From an uncultured Myxococcales bacterium (GTDB taxonomy: Bacteria > Myxococcota_A > Polyangia > Fen-1088): a stretch of DNA of 64,000 nt. Position 1 is the stretch's first letter. Each line of letters begins with the position of its first letter. A program made the translations under genes and the position numbers. The stretch lies in the NCBI GenBank assembly GCA_937889515.1, contig CALAOV010000136.1, forward strand, positions 1,061 to 65,060, given 5' to 3'. Below, piece after piece: positions 44,755 through 55,400 of the stretch. Below the pieces are notes generated by a model. It did no database searches and had not been told where the DNA came from. It worked only from the letters and a program-made list of their open reading frames with translations.

Positions 44755-47073
44755 ATGACGATGACGAGAAGACTTTCCTGGACGGTGTCGTTGGCAGCGA
44801 TCGCGACGGCGTTGGCTCAACCCGGCTGCAAGGTGTGCGAGTGCACCGCCGCCGCGGCGACGCCGGTCAGCGCCGCGACGGCGGCAGCGTCCGCGCAGGC
44901 GCCGGGCGCATCCGCGGCGACGCCCGCCGGCGGCGGCCTGACCGGCAAGGTGGCCTACAACTGGAAGAACGTCGCCATCCTCGGCGGGGGATTCGTCAGC
45001 GGTATCGTCTTCAGTCCCGTCGAGAAGGATCTGGTCTATGCCCGCACCGACGTGGGCGGCGCGTATCGGTTCAACGCGGCCGACAAGACCTGGATCCCGC
45101 TGACCGACCAGCTCGGGCGCGATTCGAACTTCTTCGGCATCGAAAGCCTCGCGGCCGATCCGGTCGACGCCAACAAGGTGTACCTGGCCGGGGGCACCTA
45201 CACCGGGTCCTGGGTCGGCAACGGCGCCATCCTCCGCTCGAACGATCGCGGCGACACCTGGCAGACCATCGACATGCCCGTCAAGATGGGCGGCAACGAG
45301 AACGGCCGCTCGATGGGCGAACGGCTCGCCATCGACCCCAACCTGCCCAGCATTCTCTACTTCGGGTCACGTAAAGCCGGCCTCTGGAAGAGCGCGGACT
45401 CGGGGTCGACCTGGGCGAAGGTCGACAGCTTCTCGGCCTCCGACAACGACAAGGGAATCGGCATCCCGCTGGTCCTGTTCGACAAGCGCAGCGGCACCAA
45501 TGGCAAGGCCACGCCGACCCTCTACACCGCCGTCGCCAACAACGCGGGCAGCCTCTACCGCAGCACCGACGCCGGCGCGACCTGGAAGCTGGTGCCCAAG
45601 CAGCCGACGGACCTGATGGTCAGCCACGCGCAGTTCGACTCCGCCGGCGCGCTGTACCTCAGCTACCAAAATGGGCCCGGCCCCAACGACGTGACGGACG
45701 GCGCGGTCTGGAAGTACGATCCCAAGGCCGAGAAGTTCACGGACATCACGCCTTCCGCCCCAAAGGGCGACGACAAGTTCGGCTACGGCGGGCTGTCGCT
45801 CGACGCCGCGCACCCGGGCACGATCATGGTCAGCACCATCGACCGGTGGACCAAGGGGGACGAGATTTACCGGACGACCGACGCCGGCAAAAAATGGAAA
45901 GCGCTCTTGCCCAAAGTCGTCCGTGACGACGCCGGCGCGAAGTATCTCTACTGGCACAAGTCAGAGCCGATCGGTCGGGGCTGGATGGGCGACATCGACA
46001 TCGATCCGTTCAACCCGGGGCGCGCGATGTACGTGACCGGGGCGGGGATCTGGGCCACCGAGGACGCGACCGCCGCGGATTCGGACAAGCCCACCCACTG
46101 GACCTTCCTGGACCGCGGGCTCGAGGAAACGGTCATCAAAGACCTGGTGAGCCCCCCGGCGGGACCGCCGCTGCTGAGCGCGATGGGCGATCTCTGCGGC
46201 TTCCGGCACGACGACCTCGGCGTGCCCTCGAAAGACGGGATGTTCGACAATCCGCTCTGCGGCTCGGCCAGCGGAATCGACGTCGCCTGGAGCAAACCGG
46301 AGATCGTCGCGCGCGTCGGCTGGGCCGACAAGCAGCGATGGGGAGCCACCTCCGCCGACGGCGGCAAGACCTGGACGCCTTTCAAATCCGTGCCCAAGGG
46401 CAAGGGCGCCGGCTCGATCGCGATGTCGGCGGACGGCACGGCCCTCGTGTGGGCGCCCCTGGAAGGGCCGGTCGTCTTTTCAAAGGACCAGGGCGCGACC
46501 TGGGCCCGCGCCGAGGGGCTCCCGGACGCGGAGCCATCTCCGGACTGGGCGCCGGTACCCTTCAGGCCGGCCGCCGACCGAGTGAACGGCAAGAAGTTTT
46601 ACGTGCTCGACGCCAAGGGCGGGCAGGCGTTCACCAGCGTGGACGGCGGGGCCCACTTCACCGCTTCGCCGACCGGGCTGCCCGCGCTGGCCGACTACCA
46701 GTTCGGCTCTTCCTCGGCGCAGGCCACCCCCGGGATCGAGGGCGACGTGTGGCTCACCAACTTCAAAGAGCTCAACCACTCGACCGATTCGGGCAAGACC
46801 TACGAGGCGATCTCGGGCGTGAGCGAGGCCTATGCCTTCGGCTTCGGCAAGGCGGCCGACGGCAAGAAATATCCGGCGCTGTATCTCATCGGCAAGATCG
46901 GCGACGTGGTGGGCTTCTTCCGCTCCGACGACGTCGGCGCCACCTGGGTGAGGGTCAACGACGACCAGCACCAGTACGGCTTCTGCGGCGTCATCATCGG
47001 CGACCCCCGGGTGTACGGCCGCGTCTACGTGGGAACCGGCGGCCGCGGGATCGTGTACGGCGAGCCGAAGTAG
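44755..47073 (+). CDS. GH74-family (xyloglucanase-type) BNR twin-propeller lipoprotein, paralog
   Basis: The N-terminal block is WKNVAILGGGFVSGIVFSPVEKDLVYARTDVGGAYRFN. The blocks are collinear with the upstream paralog. Confidence 0.75.
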   Translation: MTMTRRLSWTVSLAAIATALAQPGCKVCECTAAAATPVSAATAAASAQAPGASAATPAGGGLTGKVAYNWKNVAILGGGFVSGIVFSPVEKDLVYARTDVGGAYRFNAADKTWIPLTDQLGRDSNFFGIESLAADPVDANKVYLAGGTYTGSWVGNGAILRSNDRGDTWQTIDMPVKMGGNENGRSMGERLAIDPNLPSILYFGSRKAGLWKSADSGSTWAKVDSFSASDNDKGIGIPLVLFDKRSGTNGKATPTLYTAVANNAGSLYRSTDAGATWKLVPKQPTDLMVSHAQFDSAGALYLSYQNGPGPNDVTDGAVWKYDPKAEKFTDITPSAPKGDDKFGYGGLSLDAAHPGTIMVSTIDRWTKGDEIYRTTDAGKKWKALLPKVVRDDAGAKYLYWHKSEPIGRGWMGDIDIDPFNPGRAMYVTGAGIWATEDATAADSDKPTHWTFLDRGLEETVIKDLVSPPAGPPLLSAMGDLCGFRHDDLGVPSKDGMFDNPLCGSASGIDVAWSKPEIVARVGWADKQRWGATSADGGKTWTPFKSVPKGKGAGSIAMSADGTALVWAPLEGPVVFSKDQGATWARAEGLPDAEPSPDWAPVPFRPAADRVNGKKFYVLDAKGGQAFTSVDGGAHFTASPTGLPALADYQFGSSSAQATPGIEGDVWLTNFKELNHSTDSGKTYEAISGVSEAYAFGFGKAADGKKYPALYLIGKIGDVVGFFRSDDVGATWVRVNDDQHQYGFCGVIIGDPRVYGRVYVGTGGRGIVYGEPK

Positions 47074-47128
47074 CTCGGGATATCGCGTGCACCTGTTCAA
47101 CGGGCAGCCCCGTTGCCATGCTTGAGCG

Positions 47129-47620
47129 ATGGCGGCCAAGAGCGATCGCGTGGTGGCGCTCATCGGGGTGTTCAAGCTGTTCAAGGCCGCGCTGCTGATC
47201 GCCCTCGGGATCGCGGGCCTGGTGGCGGCCCCGAGCGATCTGGCCCATGAAGCCCGGCACCTCATCACCTGGTTGGGTATATCGCCCGGCCGTCACACGC
47301 TGGCGCGTTTTCTGGGCAAGCTCGGCTCGTTCGACGACCAGATGGCGCGAAAGCTCGCGGTGGCGTCGCTCTGCTACGCAGCGGTGTTCCTGGTCGAAGG
47401 CATCGGGCTTCTGAGCAAGCAACGGTGGGCCGAATGGCTGACGGCGGTGGTGACCGCTTCGTTCATCCCTATCGAAATCTATGAAGCCGTAGAGCGCTTC
47501 GGCCCCGGCAAGATCGTGGCCCTGCTCTTGAACCTGGTCATCTTGATCTACTTGGTGTGGCGGCGGCTCAGGGAATCACGAAGCGTCGGCCACCGTCTGG
47601 GGCGCCTGCTCGACTCTTGA
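47129..47620 (+). CDS. DUF2127-like integral membrane protein
   Basis: It has 4 predicted TM helices. The N-terminus is MAAKSDRVVALIGVFKLFKAALL. Confidence 0.45.
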   Translation: MAAKSDRVVALIGVFKLFKAALLIALGIAGLVAAPSDLAHEARHLITWLGISPGRHTLARFLGKLGSFDDQMARKLAVASLCYAAVFLVEGIGLLSKQRWAEWLTAVVTASFIPIEIYEAVERFGPGKIVALLLNLVILIYLVWRRLRESRSVGHRLGRLLDS

Positions 47621-47982
47621 CGGGCGCCTTCCAAACCGAGATGGTCGGCTGCAGGAGACCGCCATGATGTCCCGCCCCCGAGTCCGGTTCCTCGTTCTGT
47701 GCTCGCTATGTTCGTCCTTGGCTACCGCAATTTCCGGATGCGCGACCTCGCGCCCGGCCGCGCCCGCGACCTCAGACGCACTTTCTGTCGATCATCTGAA
47801 AATGGGACCGTCGCGGTACGAGACCGGCCGCGTCGCGCCGATGAGCGTCTCGAACCCCAACAGCGCGACGTCGCCAGCACGCGTGGGAGAGCTGCGCGAA
47901 TCGCCGCCGCGTCCCGCCGCAGGCGCGCACCGCCGGCACCGTCGATCGAACGGTACCCGGGCGCGAGATCCGCTCGCGCTTC

Positions 47983-48465
47983 GTGGCGCCTGACTCGCGG
48001 CGGTCACGATCTGACCGCCCGCCGCCGGCCTCCGCTTGCTACAGTGCGACCTTGGGTCGCCTGCTAGCCCCCGGTGCGCTTCTCCTCGCTTGCGGCCTCG
48101 CCGCGTGCGCGACCGCCGACGTCGACCCACGAACCGCCTCGCTCGCCGACAGCGGAAAGACCGAGCTGTTCTGGACCAGCCTCAAGGCGACCTACCACGG
48201 GCGCATGAACGACGAGGGGGACGACGAGGTGATCCAGGGCGGGATCGCGATGGGCGGCGAGGTGTGCGAGGCCCAGACGCTCGACGTGACCAAGGTCTGC
48301 GCGCGGCCGGATGCCGCCGGTGATCTCCACGAGATCCGCTGCCGGATGCAGTGCAAGGCCCACGGTTCGAAGCCCGGGCCGACGCTGGCCCGCGCGACGC
48401 TCTTCGTGGGCGGCCGTCCGGTGGAGCTGCAGCTCGACCGCATCGAGACGATCACCAAGCCGTAG
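47983..48465 (+). CDS. Hypothetical lipoprotein
   Basis: The lipobox is LLLACGLAAC. No family was recognised. Confidence 0.35.
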   Translation: MAPDSRRSRSDRPPPASACYSATLGRLLAPGALLLACGLAACATADVDPRTASLADSGKTELFWTSLKATYHGRMNDEGDDEVIQGGIAMGGEVCEAQTLDVTKVCARPDAAGDLHEIRCRMQCKAHGSKPGPTLARATLFVGGRPVELQLDRIETITKP

Positions 48466-48530
48466 CCGGCAGGACCTTTTCAAGGGCCGCGAGTGGTGGT
48501 ACGAACGAGGTGGCAAGCGCGAGGTTCACC

Positions 48531-48839
48531 ATGGACGAGCAAGGAATCTACTGCCCCCAGTGCCGCGCCTACGTGCACTTCTGGTCCCTCTCCGAAGGCG
48601 GTCGCCCGCCCGCCGGTAGCGGCGTACAGGGGATCGTGCCGGGCACCCCCATTGAGATGCCCCAGAGCTGCAAGCAGTGCGGCTACCAGAGCACCTACAA
48701 GACCTCCGACCTTCGCACGCGAAGGGTCCCGACCCAGCCCGTCATGGCGGCCATGCTGAGCCCCGAGGCGCGGCGGGCGTCGACGATCGACGTGCAGCCG
48801 GCGCTGGGCGACAAGAAGGCCTCGGTTCCGACGTCGTGA
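48531..48839 (+). CDS. Small zinc-ribbon protein
   Basis: CPQC...CKQC is a four-Cys ribbon. Confidence 0.3.
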   Translation: MDEQGIYCPQCRAYVHFWSLSEGGRPPAGSGVQGIVPGTPIEMPQSCKQCGYQSTYKTSDLRTRRVPTQPVMAAMLSPEARRASTIDVQPALGDKKASVPTS

Positions 48840-49497
48840 TCCGACGCCTGCCCGCGGGCTCCGCCGCCGCTACGGGCCCGTGCGAACGAAGGTGAAACCG
48901 TCTTAGACGACCTCGGAGCGCGCCGGTCAAGACTGCCCGCGATTCCGCCGATGATGGGATCGAGACCCGACCGTGCGTGCGCCGCTTGTCCGCCGCTCCC
49001 GACCGGGCCGGCGCGCCGCGACGGCCGTGCTGCTCATGCTCGTCACGTGCGCCCCGCTCTCCCGGTCGTCCTTCGCCGTCGAGGCCGTCCCACCGCCGCG
49101 CGCGGCGCCTCCCGCGAACGGCAGGGACGTCGTCGCGTTGCGCTACGAGATCTTCGGTGTGAGCCGGCCCCTCGTGTTGACCCCGCTGGCGCTCTTCGCC
49201 GACCGCGGGTCCGCCGCGGGACCCAACCGGCTTCATCACCTACAGTTGGCGGCGCCCAATCCGACCCGACACAACCTGCGAGCCCCCGAGCCGGCGGGAC
49301 CCGTGTTGCTGAGCCTCGATCTCAGCCTGCGCTATCTCCGGTTGGCGGTTCACGGCGACTACCGGGCCGGGCTCCTGCCCTTCCTCGGCACCTCGACCAC
49401 CTCGCTGGGCGGCCTGCGCCTCCGATTCTGAGCCGAGCGCGAGACCGGCGACGCCCCAACCGTCGCCAGACGACGTCGAGCGTGCCGGCTTGCCGGA

Positions 49498-52400
49498 CTA
49501 GCGTCGCCGCGCCGCAGACGGACGCCGGCGCCGCGTCGCGAGCAGCAGGCCCAATGCCAGGAGGATCGTCACCGCGAGCGTGCCGGTCGCGCTGCCGAAG
49601 CCGGAGGTCAGCTCGCACCCGCAGCCACCGCCGCCGGGCGTGGGGGGCATGCCCGCCAGCGCCACCGGAATGCTGATCGAGGCGGTGTTGCCGAGCGAAT
49701 CGGTGACGCGGATGACGTCGGTGCCGGCGTGGGACCCCGCCGTGTAGGCGCCGGTGCCGGCGACGACGGTGCCGCCGGAGCCGGAGCTGACGACGGTCCA
49801 GACGAACCCGGTGCCGCTGCCGCCGCTGGCCGCGAGCGCGATGTTCTGGCCCGTCTTGACGGTCCCCGCGACCGGCGCGATGGTGACGCCGGGGCCGACC
49901 TGGACGGTGATGGTCACGGTGGCGCCGTTGGCGTCGGTCACGGTGATGACGTCGGTGGTGTTGCCGGCGGAGCCGGCGGTGTAGACGCCGGTGGCCGCGT
50001 TGATGCTGCCGCCCGAGCCGTTGGTGGTGAGCGCGTACATGAGGGGCGCCGCGCCGCCCGAGACCGCGATGGCCAGCGAGCCGCCCGGCGGAGAGGTGGT
50101 GGTCGCGACCGTGGCCGACAGCGCGGCGGCGACGTGGACCTGGGCGGTTGCCGTATTTCCGAGCGAATCGGTGACGGTCACGACGTCGGTCCCGCCGCCC
50201 AGCGCACCGACGCTGTAAGCGCCGGTATTGGGAGCGATGGTTCCGTGCGAAGCGTTGGCGGTCAGCGCGAAGGTGTAGCCGGCCCCGCTGCCGCCGCTGA
50301 CCGTGAAGGTCATCTGCGCGAGCGGCGCGGCGTCCACCACGGCCGGCATCAGGTGAAGGCCATCGCCCACGGTGATGGTGGCATGCGCCGAGTTGTGAAG
50401 CGTGTCGGTCACGGTCACGACGTCCTGAACGTTTCCCGCCGAGCCGGCGGTGTAGCTTCCCGTCGACGCGCCGATGGTCGCGCCGGACGCGTTGGTGGTG
50501 AGGACGAAGGTAAAGCCGGTCCCACTGCCGCCCGCCGCCGTGAAGACCACCTGACCGCGCGGGGCCACCGTCGGCGCCGCCGGGTTCATCGTCAGGGCGC
50601 CACCGACCGCGATGGACGCGCTCGCGGTGTTGCCGAGCGAGTCGGTCGCCAATACCCCGTCGACCACGTCGGTGATGCTGCCGGCCGTGTACAGGCCGGT
50701 CGTGGCGTCGAGCGTGCCGCCCGAAGCGTTGGCGGTGAAGGTGTAGCGGTAGCCCGTGCCACTGCCTCCGACCGCCACCAGCGTGAGCGTGCCGCCGGGC
50801 GGCGCGGCCAGGGCGGCCGGGGTGATGGAGACCCCGGGACCGACGTGGATCGTCAGCGTGGCGGTGTTGCCGAAGGGGTCGGTTGCCTCGATCACGTCGG
50901 CGGAGCTCCCGGTGTCGCCCGCGGTGTAGACGCCGGTGGTGGCCACGATGTTGCCGCCCGAGCCGTTGGTGTGCAGGGTGAAGGTGTAGCCGCCGCCCAC
51001 GCCGCCCACCGCCAGGAAGGTGGCCGCGCCGCGCGGCGGGACCAAGCTGGTGGAGGCCGTCAGCGTGATACCCGGGCCGACCGTGACCGTGACCGTATCG
51101 GTATTGCCGAGCGAGTCGGTCACCGTCACGACGTCGGTCGTGCTGCCGGTCGGTCCGGCGGTGTAAAGGCCGCTGGCATTCACCCCACCCGTCGAGGCGT
51201 TGGTGGTCAGCGCGAACCGATACCCGGTCCCGCTGCCACCGGCGGAGGTGAGCTGGATGGTGCCGAGCGGTGCGGTGCTCGCCGAGGGTGGCAGCACGGT
51301 CAATCCCGGTCCGATGGCGACGGAGACGGTCGCGGTCGCGCCGAGCGAGTCGGTGACCGACAGGACGTCGGTGACGTTCGGAACCAGGCCGGCGGTGTAG
51401 ACGCCGCTCGCGGGATCGACGCTGCCGCCCGATTGGTTGTCGGCGAAGGAATAGACATAGCCGGTGCCGCTGCCGGCGAACGCCACCAGGGTGAGCTTTT
51501 CGCGGGGGGCGACGGTCGCGCCGGCCGGGCCGAGAACCAGGTGCCCGCCCACGGCGATGGACACCGACGCGCTGTTGCCGAGCGAGTCGGTCACCGTTAC
51601 GAGATCGACGACGCCGCCCTTGGCGCCCGCGGCGTAGGCACCGCTGGCGGGATTGATGCTACCGCCCGACTGGTTGTCCGCGAGGACGAAGACGTAGCCG
51701 GTGCCGCTGCCGTCGGTGGCGCCGAACGCGATGGCACCGAGCGGCGCCGTCGCGGGCTGTGCGGGGCTGATGGCGACGCCGCGGCCGACGTTGACGACCA
51801 CGTTGGTCACCGCGCCGTTGTGATCCGCAATCAGGATCACGTCGGTGCTGTCGGGGTTGGACCCCGCGGTGTAGGCGCCCGTGGCGGGATCGATGCTGCC
51901 GCCCGAGCCGTTGCCGGAGATGGAAAAGACGTAGGCCGGGGCTCCGCCGCTAACCGCGATAGTCAGGCTGGCCCGCGGCGCCGCGGACAGCGTACCGGCC
52001 GCGGCGACCAGGGCCGCCGTGACGGTGATGGTGGCGGTGGCGGTGTTGCCCAGCGCATCCAGCACGGTGACCACGTCGACCACGTTGCCGATCCCGCCGG
52101 CGGCGTAGACGCCGGTCAGCGGGTCGATGCTACCGCCCGAAAGATTGGACGACAGCGCGAAGTTATATCCGGAACCGGTGCCGCCCGAGACCGCCAGGGT
52201 CTGCTGACCGAGGGGGGCGAGCGTGACGGCAGCCGGGGTGACCGCGAGCCCCGGACCGACCGTGATGGTGACGGTGCTGTGATTGCCCAGAGGGTCGACC
52301 ACCGACAGCACGTCGGTGGCGGAGCCGATCGCGCCCGCGGTGTACGCGCCGGTCGCGGCGTCGACCGTGCCGCCGGAGGGGTGGCTGGTGAGCGTGAAGA

Positions 52401-55400
52401 CATAGCCCGCGCCGCTGCCACCCGTGGCGGTGAAGGCCTGCGAACCACGGGGTGGCGTGGTCAGAGACGACGGGGACACCGCGACTCCCCCGCCCACCGA
52501 GATGTTGACGGTCCCGGAGTTGCCGAGCGAGTCGGTCACGGTCACCAGATCGGTGCTACTGGCAATGCTGCCCGCCACGTACACGCCGGTGAGGAGGCCG
52601 ATCGTTCCGCCCGAAGCGTTGCCGAGGATCGCGAAGGTGTAGCCGGTGCCGCTGCCGCCGCTGGCGGACAGGGTGATGGTCCCGCGCGGCGCGATGGACG
52701 GCGCCGGAGGGGCCACGGTGACACCTACACCGACGGTGACATTGGCGGCGGCGACGTTACCTAGCCCGTCGGTGACCGTGACCACGTCGGTAACGCCGGG
52801 GGCGGCGCCGGCGACGTACACGCCGCTGACGGAGTTGATCGTTCCGCCCGACGCGTTGGCGCCGATAGCGAAGACGAAGCCCGCCCCGCTGCCGCCCGAG
52901 GCGCTGAAGGTCAGTGTCCCGCGCGGCGGCGTCTGCGTGGCGTTGGCCGTCAGGGCGACGCCCGCGCCCACGACGATGCTGGCCGTCGCCGAATTGCCGA
53001 CCGAATCGGTGACGGTGATGATGTCGGTGACGCTGTCGTTCTGGCCCGCGACATAGTGCCCGCCCGCGTCGATGGTGCCGCCCGAGCGGTTGGTCGAGAT
53101 CGCGAAGATGAGACCGATGCCGCTTCCACCCGCGGTGGTGAACGTCGCCGAGCCGCGCGGCGCGACCTGGGTCGGGGCCGACGACAGGCTGAGCGCGGCG
53201 CCCACGGTGATGTTGGCGTGGGCCGTGTGGGCCTGGTTGTCGGTGACGGTGATGACGTCGGTGACCTGGGGGGTGGCGCCCGCGGTGTAGACGCCCGTCG
53301 TCGGATCGATCGATCCGCCCGAAGGCGCGCTCTGCATCGTGAAGACGTAGCCGGCGGTGCTGCCGCCCGCCGCCGTGAAGGTGACCGATCCGCGCGGCGC
53401 GACCGCGGCGCTGGCCGGGCTCAGCGTGATGGGCGCCTGGTTGGTCAGCGCGAAGGCGGCCTTGAGCGCGACGCCGACGGCGGACGCGGTGACCGTGTAG
53501 TTGCCGGCGGTGGCGTTGGCGGTGGCGGTGACGCTGGCGACGCCCGAGGCGTTGGTGGTGGCGGTGGCGCCACCGAGCGCGGCCGAGGCGCCCGAGGTCG
53601 GGGCCAGGAACGTGACCGTGGCGCCATTGACCGGGTTGCCGTTGCCGTCGACGACGCGCGCGGCGAGCGGCGCGGCAAACGCCGCGCCGACGAGCGCGAT
53701 CTGGCCGTTGCCGCTGCTGACCGCGATCGATCCGGGCGCGCCCGCCACGTTGGTGAGCATCGCGGCGACGCTGGCGCCGGCCGGGATCGACGCCGAGACG
53801 GCGTAGCTGCCGGCGATGGTGTTGGCGGTGGCGGCGGTCTGGGCCAGGCCGCTGGCGTCGGTGACGGCCATCGGGCTGCCCAAGGTGGCGGAGGCGCTGC
53901 CCGCCGCCGGCGCGCCGAAGGTCACGGTCGCGCCCACGATCGGGTTCAACGACGCGTCCGTCACGCGCACCACGATGGGCGCGCCGAAGACGGCTCCGAC
54001 GGTCGCGCTCTGGGGGCTGCCGCTCACCAGCGTGACCAGCGAAGCGGCGCCCGCCAGGTTGGTGAGCGCGAAGGCGGCGGGCGTGGCGACGCTGGGCGCG
54101 GTCGCGCTCACGCTGTAGGAACCGGCGACGGTGTTGGCGGTGGCGGTGACGCTGGCCTGACCGGAGGCGTTCGTCGTCACCGTCGTCGCGGAGACTCCCG
54201 CCGAAGCGCCGCTCGTCGGGGGCGCGAAGGTGACGACGACGTTCGGCAGCGGAAAGCCCGTGCCGTCCTTGACCACTGCGGTCAACGTGGCGAAGGTGCC
54301 CAGCAGAGCCGCGCTCTGACCGCTGCCGCTGACGACGGTGATCGAGCTCGGCGCGCCGAGGTTGCGCAGGCTGAAGCTGGTCGACGCGGACGTCCCGCTC
54401 ACGGTAGCGGTGACGGCATACGCGCCGGCGGTGGCATTGGCGGTCGCGGTCAGGGAGGCGATGCCCGAGGCGTTGGTGGTGGCCGATGCGGCCAGCGTCG
54501 CCGAGGCGCCCGAGCCGGGAGCGGCGAAGAGGACCGTCGCACCCGACAGGGGGGTGCCACCGGCGTTGGTGACCAGCACCGCCAGGCCCGATCCGAACAT
54601 GGCGCCGGTGAGCGCCGTCTGATTGTTGCCCGCCGACACCACGATGAGCGGCGCGGAGAAGGTCGCCGAGATGGTGTGGCTCGCGGTCACGTTGCTGAAC
54701 GTGAAGGTCGCCACCGCGCCCACCGAGACCCCGTCGACCAGAACGCTGGCGATCGCAAAGCTCGTGCTGGGTGTGATGGTGAAGGCCTGCGACTGTCCCT
54801 GGATGACGGTGCTGACGCCGGCCGGTGCGATAGCGCCGTTGGCGCCCGCCGACGCGGTGATGGTGAAGGTGGGGACCAGCGAGACGGTCAGGTTCTTGGT
54901 CCCGGAGAGCTGCAGGACGGGATCGCCGGCCATGCCGCCGTACTCGACCACCGACCCGAGCGTGCTGGTGGCCGGCAGGTCGTTCCACAGGCCCCCGACG
55001 TAAAATTGCGCCCAGTTCTCGGCGCCGCCCGAATTGTTGGGCTCACCCGGATTCCAGTTGGCGTAGGCGCCCCCGAAGGCGGATCCGTTCGACAAGCCCG
55101 TCCAGAACTGGGTTCCGGCACCGGCGTTCGCGAGCCCCTCGGGTCCGGTCACCCAGCGCCAGGTTCCCTCCACCGCCGCGTCGCTGGCCCCGATCCATCC
55201 CGTCGCGGCGAGCTTTCCGTTGATGAAGGTATCCTCTCCCGCGCTGGTCACCGTGGCGAGGTAACCCTGCAGGCCGTAGTACGTGCGCGCCGCCGCGACC
55301 GGCTTGGCCGCGGTCCAGCTCAGGTTGCTGTTGACGAACTCGTAGTAATGGCCGGTCCCCGGATAGAAGAGGCTGCTGGCGCCGATCGAGAAAGTGACCT

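Noticed and set aside
49700-54600. Possibility that the highly periodic DNA in this region is a CRISPR array or non-coding satellite
   Set aside because: The repeats are imperfect. They lie in one continuous reading frame with third-position variation and encode a coherent repeat protein with signal peptide and sorting tail. There is no repeat-spacer alternation and no cas genes.
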